64,000 bases of DNA, taken from assembly GCA_963737265.1 (NCBI GenBank), contig CAVTRY010000011.1:1152001-1216000 (forward strand), read 5' to 3'. This DNA comes from an uncultured delta proteobacterium (GTDB lineage: Bacteria; Myxococcota_A; Polyangia; Fen-1088). The notes beneath the pieces were generated by a model. That model did no database searches. It was not told where the DNA came from and saw only the letters and a program-made list of their open reading frames with translations. This document shows, piece by piece, positions 47,761 through 62,320 of this stretch (position 1 is the first letter of the stretch; each line of letters starts with the position of its first letter). The translations under genes and the position numbers were made by a program.

Positions 47761-48345
47761 CTATTCGCCCCGCTTCACGAGAACGCGTTCGATGCGGCGG
47801 TCGGGCACCAACCACACCAAAGCGACGAACAGGAAAAGCCCGTTGGCAAGCCACGGACTTACGAACGCGAGCGGAATCGCCGTCAGGTAGCACAGCGGCG
47901 AGAGTTTTCCTTTCCAGTCGCGCCCGACCGCTGCCGCGAGCAACGAACCTGGCCCCTGCTGCGCGATGATGCTGCGTTGAAGGACGTAATAGGCGATGGC
48001 CGCCATCAGCAGGACGAAACCATAGATGGCGGCGGGCGTGGGCGCGCGGTAGTTCTCGCCCATCCAAGCCGTGGTGAAGGGAAAGAGCGACAACCAGAAC
48101 AGCAGATGCAGGTTCGCCCACAGAATGCCGCCGCTCACGTACCGGGTGGAATGGAGCATATGGTGGTGATTGTTCCAATAAATCCCGACGTAGAGAAAGC
48201 TGAGAACATAGCTCGAAAACACCGGCAAGAGCGGCTTAAGCACCCCCACGTCGCCCCCGCGCGGCACCTTCAATTCCAGCACCATGATGGTGATGATGAT
48301 GGCCAACACGCCATCGCTGAAGGCTTCCAGCCGGTTCTTTTCCAT
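47761..48345 (-). CDS. TMEM175-family potassium channel
   Basis: RLEAFSDGVLAIIITIMVLE; YWNNHH. Confidence 0.93.
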   Translation of the reverse strand: MEKNRLEAFSDGVLAIIITIMVLELKVPRGGDVGVLKPLLPVFSSYVLSFLYVGIYWNNHHHMLHSTRYVSGGILWANLHLLFWLSLFPFTTAWMGENYRAPTPAAIYGFVLLMAAIAYYVLQRSIIAQQGPGSLLAAAVGRDWKGKLSPLCYLTAIPLAFVSPWLANGLFLFVALVWLVPDRRIERVLVKRGE

Positions 48346-48348
48346 GGA

Positions 48349-49428
48349 CTAGCCGGACCCCAAGAGTTTTCCCCCGCTCCTGTGCTCGTGCACCGGCTTG
48401 TGCAGGACGATGTTGCGGCCGGCCTCGCGGCCGTGCTCGTAGGCAGCGGTCAAGCGCACGCCGATGCCGCCGCCGCCGCTGCGCCGGGGGTAGCGCTGGT
48501 GCAGGAAGCCTTCCAGTCCAGGATCGCCCACCCAGATCAAACCCTCGCGACGGCTCTCGGCAACACCCGCCTTCAGCTTCTCGTCGAAGCCGGTCATCAC
48601 GCCGACCAGGAAACGCCGCCGCTCCTTGTCGCTGTCGATGCGGTGGCTGCGCTTGTGCTCGCGCCACAGGCGTTCACCGGTTTCGAGCAAAAATCCGTGC
48701 ACGTAGGACGCGACTTCCAGATTCGACAGCTTGCCGCACAGCTCGAGCACACGGCCGCTGCGTGCCTCGCTAGCCAGGTACGCGGGCACCCAGATGGCCT
48801 CGACGAAAAAATGGCGCGCCAAGAGCCCGGCCAGCACGTGCTCGGCCGCCTCCACGCGCCGGCGCGGCACGCCCAAGTGGACGAAGGTGTAGCCGTCGCT
48901 GGCCGCCGCCACCGTGGCGTCGATGTTGTGCTTGAGCATCAGTCGCTGCGCGGCCTTCATGGCAGCCTCGGCCTCGTGGACATTGGGGCTCTCGGCCAAG
49001 GCGAGCAGACGCGAGATCCGCCGCAGCACCGGGCTGCCTCCCTCGGCGCCCGCGGGCGCCGCCGGCAGGCCGGTGGCGCGCGCGTCGATGCCGAAGCGGC
49101 GGCACACGTCGTCGAAGGCGGGACCGTGGGCTGCCTGGTCGCGCACGTTCAAGATCTCGTCGACAAACTGGTGGGCGATCTCGTGCTTCAAAACCTCGCG
49201 CACCACGCTCCACGGTTGCTCGAACACCAAGGTGCGATCGACCGCGATGGTTCTGGTGGACGAATTCCACTGGCCGAGGCGCCTGCCCACGTCGGACAGC
49301 GCCAGCACCGGCGGCCGCATGCGCCGGTGAAAATGATTCGCGTTAATCTCGCGCCAGGTGGCGGAAAGCTCGCGCAGCACTGCCGCGGTCACATCGGTGC
49401 GAATATCCTGATTCATGGGCGCGACCAT
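48349..49428 (-). CDS. SprT-like metallopeptidase / DUF2786 protein
   Basis: HEIAH..HGPAF; LLALAESPNVHEA. Confidence 0.85.
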   Translation of the reverse strand: MVAPMNQDIRTDVTAAVLRELSATWREINANHFHRRMRPPVLALSDVGRRLGQWNSSTRTIAVDRTLVFEQPWSVVREVLKHEIAHQFVDEILNVRDQAAHGPAFDDVCRRFGIDARATGLPAAPAGAEGGSPVLRRISRLLALAESPNVHEAEAAMKAAQRLMLKHNIDATVAAASDGYTFVHLGVPRRRVEAAEHVLAGLLARHFFVEAIWVPAYLASEARSGRVLELCGKLSNLEVASYVHGFLLETGERLWREHKRSHRIDSDKERRRFLVGVMTGFDEKLKAGVAESRREGLIWVGDPGLEGFLHQRYPRRSGGGGIGVRLTAAYEHGREAGRNIVLHKPVHEHRSGGKLLGSG

Positions 49429-49530
49429 TGTGACATGTAACCACTCGATTTCACGTGCTCCACCCGATCCGAATTTCCGCACCGAAGATCAAGCCTGGAT
49501 CGCAGACTTGTTTTGAGTAGCTTGCCTGCC

Positions 49531-51921
<2,391 letters not shown>

Positions 51922-52112
51922 CTGCACATAATGCGCACGGCGGAGTTGCCGAGTGGCAACCGGCGGCCCAGACTCAGATCAATCGAGAAATCGCCATGTC
52001 CGGGTTTTCTAAAGACGTGTGGAAGCGCAAAGCAGCGCCGCCGATCATGGCAATTATTGCCACCATGGCGGCCTAATTCCGCCTACGCGCCGGGATAGCG
52101 AGGAAAACTGAA

Positions 52113-52910
52113 ATGACTCTGGCGGGCCTAGTCAGGCAGGCGGCCCCGGTGAGGGCCATTCGCCGCGAGCGCTACCGTCGCTGCTTCGAATCCTCGAAGG
52201 GCTTCGCCATGCACTCCGGCGTCTTTCGCACTTTTGAAGAAGCAATCGCCGCGGCGCCGAGCTCCGCCGGTTTCAATCAGGCTAGATCTGCTTCGGATTT
52301 CGTGGACAGGCTCGATCGCGTGTTCGCCTATGATTATCCGGTCTTGTTCTGGCTGCAGCGGATCTTTCGGGAATCGACTTCCCTCCGATTGCTCGACATC
52401 GGAGGCAACATAGGCGTTCACTATTTTGCGTACGGGAAGTACATCGACTTTCCGTCGCAACTTAAATGGCGGGTGGCGGAAGTCGAAGAAGTCGCCAAGT
52501 CCGGCCGAGTTCGCGCCCAGAAGATGGGCGACGCGAACTTGGAGTTCACAACGTCCTTCGAGGATCTCGACACGCCGGCGACCGATATCATCCATTCAGC
52601 GGGGGCGCTGCACTACATAGGCCGACCGTTCCTGTGGGACGTCATTGCGCGCGCAAAATCGAAACCACGCGATATCATCCTCAACAAGCTTCCGCTCTAC
52701 CAGGGCGCCGACTTCGTATCGCTGCAAAATATTGGCGCCGGATTTTCTCCGCTCCATGTATGGAATCGCCCAACGTTCATCGCGCGTTTCGAGCAATTGG
52801 GCTACCAACTCGTCGACGACTGGAGTGTGCCCGAGCGACACTTTGAGATATTCGACGATCCAATCCGATCGTTTGGTGCGTTCAGCGGAATGTACCTACG
52901 CCAGAAGTGA
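52113..52910 (+). CDS. Putative methyltransferase (TIGR04325-like)
   Basis: DYPVLFWL, LLDIGGNIGVHY, GALHY. Confidence 0.75.
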   Translation: MTLAGLVRQAAPVRAIRRERYRRCFESSKGFAMHSGVFRTFEEAIAAAPSSAGFNQARSASDFVDRLDRVFAYDYPVLFWLQRIFRESTSLRLLDIGGNIGVHYFAYGKYIDFPSQLKWRVAEVEEVAKSGRVRAQKMGDANLEFTTSFEDLDTPATDIIHSAGALHYIGRPFLWDVIARAKSKPRDIILNKLPLYQGADFVSLQNIGAGFSPLHVWNRPTFIARFEQLGYQLVDDWSVPERHFEIFDDPIRSFGAFSGMYLRQK

Positions 52911-52923
52911 TTGCGGCCTGGAT

Positions 52924-54291
52924 TCACAACATCTTCGCAAATCCGGCCACGCGCTCGGCTAGCTTCATCGATCGGCTGACCAGCTCGGGAACTCCGGCGT
53001 TGCGATAGGCATTGCCGTGGAAGAACAGCCCCGGATGGCGGCGTTCGCCCTCTTCCAGACCGGCCACGCGATCCATGTGTCCCAGGGTGTACTGGGGCAA
53101 GGCGCGCTCGTGACGAACGATGTGAACGAAAGACGGCCCAGCGGTGAGGCCGACGAGACCGCGCAGCTCGCGGTCGGCCAATGCGGTGACGTCGCTGTCG
53201 GGCATGGTGAGGGCTTCGAGATGGCGGGCGCCGCCGGTGCGCACTGAAAAAAGGTGGAAGCCCGCAGGTGCGCGCCGGCCGAAAAACTGCGACGGGAAGA
53301 TGCCGCCGAGCACGCGCAGGGGTTGCGACGGCGGAACAAAAAATCCATACGCCTCGGCCGGACGCGAAAGCGCGGAAACGGGATAGCCGAGGTGAACCAG
53401 CGTAACGGGCACGTAGGGAATTTGAGCGAGAATGCCGGCGATGCGTTCATCAAGCGCTGCCAGGATGACAGTCGCGACATGCGCAGGCAGCGCAACCACC
53501 ACGGCGCCCGCTTCCTGCGTCTCCGTCCGCCCTTGCTCTTCCACCGTAACCCGGTAGCCGGCCGAGCTTTCGGCGACGCCACACACGCGCGCGCCCAAAC
53601 GCAGATCTTGGCCAAGGTGTACCGCCAGCGCGCAGGTCAGCTCGTCGAGCCCGTTTTCAAACGAGGACAATCGCGGTGCATCCTTCCGTTCAGCAGCGGC
53701 GAATTCCCCGCGCATGGCCAGCAAGAAACTGCGCTGGTCGCGTTCCATCTTCGCAACCAGGGGAAAGGCCGACGGCAAGCTGACCTGTTCGGCGTCGCCC
53801 GCGTAGAGCCCGGAAACCAGCGGCTGCAGCAGCCGTTCGCCCGCGATCGCACCGAGTCTCCGACGAGCGAACGCCGCGACCGATTCGTCCCCGCCGTGCG
53901 CCGACGGCCCCCGCGGTAGGACCAAATCCACGGCCGCACGAAGTTTCGCCCGCCATGGCAACAGCGACGACTTTGCGAACGCCCAGGCGGTCAGCGGCGT
54001 GTCGTGCAAGCGGCCGTCTGCCGCCACCAATCGCCGCTCGGCCGCGCCGCCGGCCAGCACCACGCGATGCTCGATGCCCAGGGTCTTGGCCAGCGCCGAG
54101 ATGGCGCCCGACCGATCAAGATAGCTTGCCGGTCCACGCTCGCATAGATAGCCATCGCGATGATCGCTTTCGATCTTGCCGCCGGCGCGCGCTTCGCTTT
54201 CAAAAACCAACACTGGCACGCCCAGTCGGCGCAATTCGAAAGCAAGGGCAAGTCCGGAAATCCCGGCACCGGCGACGATCACTGGCTTCAT
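52924..54291 (-). CDS. hemY: Protoporphyrinogen/coproporphyrinogen oxidase
   Basis: GAGISGL FAD motif, ERGPAS, GLYAGD, ALPQYTLGH. Confidence 0.9.
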   Translation of the reverse strand: MKPVIVAGAGISGLALAFELRRLGVPVLVFESEARAGGKIESDHRDGYLCERGPASYLDRSGAISALAKTLGIEHRVVLAGGAAERRLVAADGRLHDTPLTAWAFAKSSLLPWRAKLRAAVDLVLPRGPSAHGGDESVAAFARRRLGAIAGERLLQPLVSGLYAGDAEQVSLPSAFPLVAKMERDQRSFLLAMRGEFAAAERKDAPRLSSFENGLDELTCALAVHLGQDLRLGARVCGVAESSAGYRVTVEEQGRTETQEAGAVVVALPAHVATVILAALDERIAGILAQIPYVPVTLVHLGYPVSALSRPAEAYGFFVPPSQPLRVLGGIFPSQFFGRRAPAGFHLFSVRTGGARHLEALTMPDSDVTALADRELRGLVGLTAGPSFVHIVRHERALPQYTLGHMDRVAGLEEGERRHPGLFFHGNAYRNAGVPELVSRSMKLAERVAGFAKML

Positions 54292-54356
54292 GGGTCGGGC
54301 GGAACTTTACATAATTCAACCGGGCGGCGCAGATCATTCACCAAAAGCTCCAGACT

Positions 54357-55193
54357 GTGCATAGCTTGGTCGCCGTGCCCATCGACCTTCACTTCTTGAC
54401 CGAATCGACGCTCGACGACGCGCGGATTGCGGACTACCGCGATCTACAAGATCGGCGGCTGGGCGAAGACAGCGGGCGTTTCGTGGCCGAGAGCGAGCTT
54501 ATCGTGCGCAAGCTGCTGGCAACGAATCTTCGCATGTGCTCGGTACTGCTCACCGCACCTCGCCTGGAAACGCTTGAGCCCGCTCTCGCAGCGGCGCGCG
54601 GCGATTTTCCGGTCTTCGTGGTGGCGCAGACGGTGATGGACCAAATCGCCGGCTTTCACGTCCACCGTGGCTGCTTGGCCATTGCCGAGCGACCGCGGCG
54701 AACGGACCTCCCAGCCAATGCACGGACCGTTGTGGCGCTGGTGGATCTCGTCGACGTCGACAACTTGGGCGCCATGGCTCGCAACGCCGCGGCCTTGGGA
54801 GCGGATGCCATGTTGCTATCGCCCCGCTGTGCCGATCCGTTCTATCGCAAGGCCGTGCGCACCTCGGCGGGCGCGGTGTTGTCGCTGCCCATCGTTCGGG
54901 CCACGCGCTGGCCCGAGGATCTGCTGGCTTTGCGCGAAACGCACGGGCTGACGCTCGTCGGCGCCGTGGTGAACGAGCAAGCTGTTCCTCTCGCCAGCTT
55001 CCTACCCCCTGCCCGGCTGGCCATTCTCTTCGGCGCCGAAGGACCTGGCCTCGCCCCGGAAATTCAGCGCGTTTGCGATATCCTCGTGACCATTCCCATG
55101 GCGCAAAGACCGGCCGTCGATTCCCTCAACGTCGCAACCGCAGGCGCGGTGTTCCTGTACCACGTGAGCCAACTGGCGAAGCGAAATGGCTAG
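54357..55193 (+). CDS. TrmH/SpoU RNA methyltransferase
   Basis: DNLGAMARNA, FGAEGPGL, IPM..DSLNVA. Confidence 0.92.
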   Translation: MHSLVAVPIDLHFLTESTLDDARIADYRDLQDRRLGEDSGRFVAESELIVRKLLATNLRMCSVLLTAPRLETLEPALAAARGDFPVFVVAQTVMDQIAGFHVHRGCLAIAERPRRTDLPANARTVVALVDLVDVDNLGAMARNAAALGADAMLLSPRCADPFYRKAVRTSAGAVLSLPIVRATRWPEDLLALRETHGLTLVGAVVNEQAVPLASFLPPARLAILFGAEGPGLAPEIQRVCDILVTIPMAQRPAVDSLNVATAGAVFLYHVSQLAKRNG

Positions 55194-55281
55194 ACGCCTG
55201 CGTGTCCGATCTGTTTGCTCTTCGCGGGCAGGCCCACGGGTTCAACATGCAGGCTGCGACTCGCGTGGCCGCCACCGCCGG

Positions 55282-57768
55282 TCATGGAGTCGGCGCGACC
55301 ACGACCGTGTAGAAGCTGTTGGCGGTGCTCCCTCCGTTGCCGAGCGTAACGGTGGAGCCAGTCACGAAACTCTTCTTGAAAAGGCTAAACGTCCTGGGGG
55401 GCGCCTCGCTGTTCACCAGGTTCATGCCCGAATCCGTGAAGGCGGAGAGCCAGGATGGCGGGGGGGTTGTGAGGTCGTTGAGGGCAACGTAGACATCGGC
55501 GTTTCCGGTCACCCTGAACGTCGCGATCGTCGCTCCCGTGAAGGCTTTCGAGGAGTTGGCGGTCCGGATCCAAGCCGAACCGGCGAGGGTACTTGGCACC
55601 GTCGTCAAGGTGAACGTCCGATCTCCGTACTGGTTCGCACCGACCGCGAGGCTCGATTGAATCGACCAGTTTGCGGCGTTGGCCGTATCGTTGACGACGA
55701 GATTGCTGATAAGGGGAGTCGGCGCGACGACGACCGTGTAGAGGCTGGCGCTGGTGTTGCCTCCGTTGCCGAGCGTAACGGTGGAGCCCGTCGCGAAACT
55801 TTTCTTGAGAAGGTTAAACGTCTTGGCGGGCGCCTCGCTGTTCACGAGGCTCATGCCCGAGTCGGTGAAGCCGGAAAGCCATGACGGCCTGGGGGTGATG
55901 AGGCTGTTGAAAGCCACGTAGACATCGGCGTTTCCGGTCACCGTGAACGTCGCGGCCGTCGCTCCGGTGAAGGCTTTCGACGCGTTGGCGGTCTGGATCC
56001 AAGCCGAACCGGCGACGGCGCTTGGCACCGTCGTCAAGGTGAACGTCCGATCGCCATACTGGGCATCGCAGACCGCGAGGTTGGCTTGAATCGACCAGTT
56101 TGCGGCGTTGGCCGTATCGTCGACGACGAGATTGCCAATAAGACTGACAGCTCCTGAGCCGAACCCGAGGACCCGCCCGTCGGCGGTTCCGACGTACACG
56201 CGGCCGCCCGCGATCCCGGGCGACGCGAAGTTGGCCATCTTGCCGATGGACCCGTGCCAGAGCTCGTTCATGACACCGCTCGCCGGCACGGCGTCGTACG
56301 CCCGAAGATCGGCACCGCAGCTGCCCCCCACCGCGTATTCGACCCACACCAGGGCGCTCGCGGCCGTCGATCCGTTCGAGCTGACCAACGGCGAGCCCGA
56401 GCCCGTTCCGAACGTTCCGCTCGACTTGCCGCTGAAGGTGAACGTGGGCTTCCCCGAGCCGTCGAGTCCATAGCTGAACGCGCGAAGATACGCAGGACTG
56501 CCGCTCTCCGAGGATTCGACCGTGTAGACATACCCACCGTCGCCGGGCCACACGCCTGGCTTCGTCCACATGCCCACCGCGCCGAGGGTGTTCGGGGAGA
56601 ACGGACCTATCTCCTCGAGCGCCGCGTCGCCTCCGGCGATGCCTTGCCCGCGTCCACCCAGCGCATCGCGGTTCAGCAAGTAAAGGACTCCCCCTTTGCT
56701 CCCGGCCATCATCAAGTGCGGGATGGCCGTCGTTCCGAAGGTCGACGGCAAAAGCAGCGGCGAGCTCGAGCCGAAGTCCCAGTCGTTCGTGTCGAGGGCG
56801 GCCGTGTCGGACGGGCTGAAGTAATCGGTCGCCTTGAGCGAGCCGTCGGTCTGCACCGTGAGGCGCACGGCCGCCTCGGGCAGCGCCGACGGAGGCGACG
56901 TCCCCGGGCTGGTCGTCACCGGTGACGAGACGCCGTTCCCCGTGACGAAAAAGATTTGCCCGGTACCGTCGGAGGCCAGGGCGCCCGGTGCCCACACCGA
57001 CCCGAGCGGAGTCTTGTTCGAGCCTGCCTCGGTCGTCCAGAGCGTCTTGACGACCTGTCCTGACGTCGGCACTCCGACGATCCATCCCACCGCGGGCGCC
57101 TGGTCGCAGTGGCTGCCGAATCCGGCGTAGACAACGCCGTTCAAGAGCAAGAGGCCCGGACGCTGGAGCTGGGCCTGCGCGTTGAAGGTCTGGGACGAGT
57201 CGTTGGTCGCGCTCCCCTGGATACGCACGGGGAAGCCGCTGACCTCGCTCCCGGTGGCGACGTTGATCCCGTGCGCGAAGTACCCGATCGTCCCCGACGA
57301 GCCGCTCACGTACGCCTTCGACAGGAGGTACGCGGTGTTCGTGGACGAGTCGATGACCGGGGTTCCGGTGATGCCGACGGTCGGAGAGATGTTGGGGCAC
57401 TGGTTCGGAAGGTCACGTATCGCCACGGCCGTGGCCAGCGTGCGTGTCCAGATCTGCGTTCCTTTCGCTGGGTCGAGGCCGTAGACGACGTTGTTCTCAG
57501 TCGCGATGAACAAGATCCCCTGCGATACGAGCGGCTGGGCGTAGACTTGCCCGGAGATGGGCGTGGCGAAAAGCGGCCCGAAGCTACCCCCGCCGACCGT
57601 GGCCGGCGCCAGAGCCGCCTCGTCCGAGTACCATCCCGTCCGGAGCTCGTCGCCCGCGAACGTCACCGAAATCGTGCTGAGGGCGCTGGCACGCCGTTCT
57701 CCCGAGAGCACCGTCAGCGACGCAACCAACGAAAGACGCAGCCAATAAGTTCGATTGCGAGAAGTCAT
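55282..57768 (-). CDS. Secreted PQQ-like beta-propeller protein with two C-terminal repeat domains
   Basis: Signal peptide, GQVYAQPL, GITGTPVID, QRPGLLL, DWDFGS; duplicated ~140-aa module. Confidence 0.78.
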   Translation of the reverse strand: MTSRNRTYWLRLSLVASLTVLSGERRASALSTISVTFAGDELRTGWYSDEAALAPATVGGGSFGPLFATPISGQVYAQPLVSQGILFIATENNVVYGLDPAKGTQIWTRTLATAVAIRDLPNQCPNISPTVGITGTPVIDSSTNTAYLLSKAYVSGSSGTIGYFAHGINVATGSEVSGFPVRIQGSATNDSSQTFNAQAQLQRPGLLLLNGVVYAGFGSHCDQAPAVGWIVGVPTSGQVVKTLWTTEAGSNKTPLGSVWAPGALASDGTGQIFFVTGNGVSSPVTTSPGTSPPSALPEAAVRLTVQTDGSLKATDYFSPSDTAALDTNDWDFGSSSPLLLPSTFGTTAIPHLMMAGSKGGVLYLLNRDALGGRGQGIAGGDAALEEIGPFSPNTLGAVGMWTKPGVWPGDGGYVYTVESSESGSPAYLRAFSYGLDGSGKPTFTFSGKSSGTFGTGSGSPLVSSNGSTAASALVWVEYAVGGSCGADLRAYDAVPASGVMNELWHGSIGKMANFASPGIAGGRVYVGTADGRVLGFGSGAVSLIGNLVVDDTANAANWSIQANLAVCDAQYGDRTFTLTTVPSAVAGSAWIQTANASKAFTGATAATFTVTGNADVYVAFNSLITPRPSWLSGFTDSGMSLVNSEAPAKTFNLLKKSFATGSTVTLGNGGNTSASLYTVVVAPTPLISNLVVNDTANAANWSIQSSLAVGANQYGDRTFTLTTVPSTLAGSAWIRTANSSKAFTGATIATFRVTGNADVYVALNDLTTPPPSWLSAFTDSGMNLVNSEAPPRTFSLFKKSFVTGSTVTLGNGGSTANSFYTVVVAPTP

Positions 57769-57879
57769 GGCTTCTCAGATGGACAAACCTTGTCAATCGG
57801 TTCAGGGAAGTTTGTAAATAGCTTGTAACAAGACCTCGTCGACCTTTTCTGCTCCTCGCTGTCGCAATTGGCAAACCAT

Positions 57880-58644
57880 CTAGACGCGTGCGTGGAGCAC
57901 CGCGAAGGGCCAGTCGAAGTCGACCGGCGCTGGCGCCGCGATGGTGACCGGCGGTCGATCGCCGAAAATCGCGGCCAGGGCGCCCCGGCTGTCAAGGACG
58001 TCGAGCAACTCGCCGCCGTTGGCGAAGCGCTCGCGGACCACAACCTGGACGTGCCTGGCCACACGCACCTCACCAGGTAGCAAAGCGGAAACATCATCAA
58101 AGCGAAGGCCCTGGCTCGATGTGCGGGTGAAATAGCGGCGCCCGGCCAGAAGCGCGTGCGCCAGCGCTCGATTGCCCGACGTTCGTGAAAACCAGCGCAG
58201 CGGCACGCTGGCCAGAAGCCAGCCGCCCGGCCGCAACACGCGCCGCACTTCGGATCCCGCGCCCGAGCCAAACCAGTGCCAGGAAAAATTGGCCACCACG
58301 AGATCGAAACTGCCGTCTGCAAAAGGCAAGGCCTCGGCGCGCGCTTGCAGCAGCGGAATGTGCGCCAGTCCAGGCTTTGCCCGCGCCACAGCCAGCATTC
58401 TGCTGGAATAGTCCACCGCCTGCCACGACACGTGCGTGGCCTCGTTGGCCAGAATTTCCGTCGAGAATCCCGTGCCGCAGCCAAGGTCCAGCCCGCGACC
58501 GACGAGCTCCGGTGCCCCGTCGAGGAGGCGCGCCAACACGGTTCGGTAGAAGGCGCGATTCGCCTCTCGATCGTAGCGTCGCGCGCGCCCGCCGCCCGAC
58601 CAGCACGCGCCCGAAGACAAGTCCACCTGCGTTTTGCCGACCAA
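57880..58644 (-). CDS. Class I SAM-dependent methyltransferase
   Basis: LDLGCGTG, LPFADGSFDLV, VLRPGG. Confidence 0.88.
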   Translation of the reverse strand: MVGKTQVDLSSGACWSGGGRARRYDREANRAFYRTVLARLLDGAPELVGRGLDLGCGTGFSTEILANEATHVSWQAVDYSSRMLAVARAKPGLAHIPLLQARAEALPFADGSFDLVVANFSWHWFGSGAGSEVRRVLRPGGWLLASVPLRWFSRTSGNRALAHALLAGRRYFTRTSSQGLRFDDVSALLPGEVRVARHVQVVVRERFANGGELLDVLDSRGALAAIFGDRPPVTIAAPAPVDFDWPFAVLHARV

Positions 58645-58657
58645 ACGAACGGTGCCC

Positions 58658-58957
58658 CTAGTCGAGCAGCGGATGCAACTCCGCCTTTAGCGGCGCCACG
58701 CCACCATCGGCGACGGTAATCTCGGTGAAATACGAGTAATACCCCGGGCACCTGATTTCCACGCGATAGAAACCAGGACGAATGAATTTGTTCTCCTTCA
58801 CCAATTCCGACGCGCGGCCGATCATCGCATCGTCGAGCAGCACGACGGCCTCGGGCACGTTGCATTCGACGTGGAGGGTAGCCGCACCTTCCGGCTTCAT
58901 CGTCGCGCATCCGGCCGACAAAATGAAAAACACAACAACAACGGCCAATGCCTTCAT
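58658..58957 (-). CDS. PEGA-like lipoprotein
   Basis: LSAGC lipobox; NVPEAVVLLDD..PGFYRVEI. Confidence 0.7.
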   Translation of the reverse strand: MKALAVVVVFFILSAGCATMKPEGAATLHVECNVPEAVVLLDDAMIGRASELVKENKFIRPGFYRVEIRCPGYYSYFTEITVADGGVAPLKAELHPLLD

Positions 58958-58961
58958 GACT

Positions 58962-60104
58962 TCACCGATTCTCCTCGAGGGATGACGAGTCTGCGTTGCG
59001 CACTTGCATTTCCAAACGATCGACGGTGGCTCGGGTGGAAACCATGGCAAGCTTGTTTCCCACCTCGCGCACAAGCACCTGCGCAAGCGCGGGACCACCG
59101 ACGCGCGTGAAGATGCGGATCTCTGCCATCGTGGCGGTGACGTGGCGGACCTCGCTGGCCGTCACCGCCCCCAGTCGTTTCAGGGCTTGCAGAATGACCG
59201 AGATTGCCCCTGGCTCGACCACGTCGAGTTGCAAAGTGACGAAGGGAGCCGCCACCGTGGGCGCGTGCGCGGCACTCGCCACCGCGCGCGCCACCGTGCT
59301 TGCCACGCGCTCGAAGCAGGCGATCCGCGCGGCGCCTTCGTCCGCAGCAAACCCGCGATCCTCGTCGTTGCGATCCACGGCCGGCCCGCGCGGTCCCTGG
59401 GCTCCGGCCTGAAATAGACGCGTGCTCACGCTGCACTTGACGGAAATGCGACCGACCCCACGCACGATACCCTCGGTGGTCGCTTTTCCGACCGCGAAAA
59501 GGCCATAGGCGTTTTGCTTGGCCGCGCTGGCCGCGAGCTGCGCTTCCCCCGGCGCGGGATCCAGTTGCGCCTTGACGCCGTTCACCGTTAGCGCGCCAAC
59601 TAGCATCGGCGCCACGCCGGCCGGAAGCGGGCCGGCGACGAGCACCAAGTTGGCCGCTGACTTCACGACGGGTGCCCGGACCACCGGGGTCGCGGCGCCC
59701 CGGGCGCGCTCCAATTCTCGGCGCAACAAAACCGTGTCCACGTCCGCTTCCACCATCACATGGAGAATCCCGTTCTCGTTCTCCTGTTCGAGCAGGCGAT
59801 AGCTGCGAATGAACCGCTGCGCCGCATTGGCCAGCGACGCCTTGAGCTGGGCCACCGTCGGAGAAACCGGTCCCGGCGGCGCGTCGCTCTGACCGATCAA
59901 CTCTGCCAGTGAACGTTCGGCTGCCTGGCGAAAAGCATCAGCCAGGGCGCGCTTCTTGGCCGTGACCGCGTTGCCGGCGACGATGGGCGCCTCGGCGCGC
60001 ACCACCCGTTCGTTGGGCTCGGCCGGCTGTGCCGATGCCGCGCTGGCCGCAAGCAGGCCAACCAACCAAACTGGAGTGAAAACGACGTTCCAAATCCTCT
60101 TCAT
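58962..60104 (-). CDS. Exported hypothetical protein
   Basis: Signal peptide; AKKRALADAFRQA; operonic overlaps. Confidence 0.65.
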   Translation of the reverse strand: MKRIWNVVFTPVWLVGLLAASAASAQPAEPNERVVRAEAPIVAGNAVTAKKRALADAFRQAAERSLAELIGQSDAPPGPVSPTVAQLKASLANAAQRFIRSYRLLEQENENGILHVMVEADVDTVLLRRELERARGAATPVVRAPVVKSAANLVLVAGPLPAGVAPMLVGALTVNGVKAQLDPAPGEAQLAASAAKQNAYGLFAVGKATTEGIVRGVGRISVKCSVSTRLFQAGAQGPRGPAVDRNDEDRGFAADEGAARIACFERVASTVARAVASAAHAPTVAAPFVTLQLDVVEPGAISVILQALKRLGAVTASEVRHVTATMAEIRIFTRVGGPALAQVLVREVGNKLAMVSTRATVDRLEMQVRNADSSSLEENR

Positions 60105-60714
60105 GGTCGCGCCGCCTCAAGGTAGATCACAACCGCCGCGCCGGCGAGTGATTCGATGAGGTTCGCGTGGCCTGCCGGCAAGACGAGGCGCCCCTTGTCG
60201 TCGCGGCGAACCGACACCGCATCCCTGGCAGCGGACGACATGGGCCGATAGGTTGCGCGGGCAACTCGAACCTCTTTGTCGTCGGCCGCGATCGTCGGAG
60301 CGAATTCGAACGGTGCGGTGGCGACTTGCACAGCGACGCTCGCTTCCTTGGCGGGCATGATGTCAGCGAAACGCAGCCCAAGCCACAGCACCACGCCACC
60401 GTCGGACTGGTATTCGATCCTGGACGTGGCGGCGTTCTTGATCGCGGCGTTGTCGTCCGCAGTCTTGCCCAAGCCAAGGGCGCGCAGGGCCGCGCGTAAC
60501 TTTTCTTCGGCGGTAGCACGCGCGCGCCGCTCGGCGCCCGGCCGCGCGGCGTTCGGTCCGGGCATGCGAATATCGGCCGCCGAACCGGCCTGCGCCGTGA
60601 TCGTGCCCGCGGTCCAGTCGACCTCGGCGCCCGCGACGGTGCGCTTGAATGCGGCCGGTTCCTTGGCCTGTGCCGCGCCTGCCAGCAAGGCCAGAAGCAG
60701 CGGCAGAAGCCGAA

Positions 60715-60724
<10 letters not shown>
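60101..60724 (-). CDS. Exported hypothetical protein
   Basis: Signal peptide; overlaps the guaA stop. Confidence 0.65.
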
Positions 60725-62262
<1,538 letters not shown>

Positions 62263-62320
62263 TTGATCTCCCGTAAGAACCCGCAAAGGGTTCTGACCTA
62301 CTCACGCGAGTATTTCGCGC

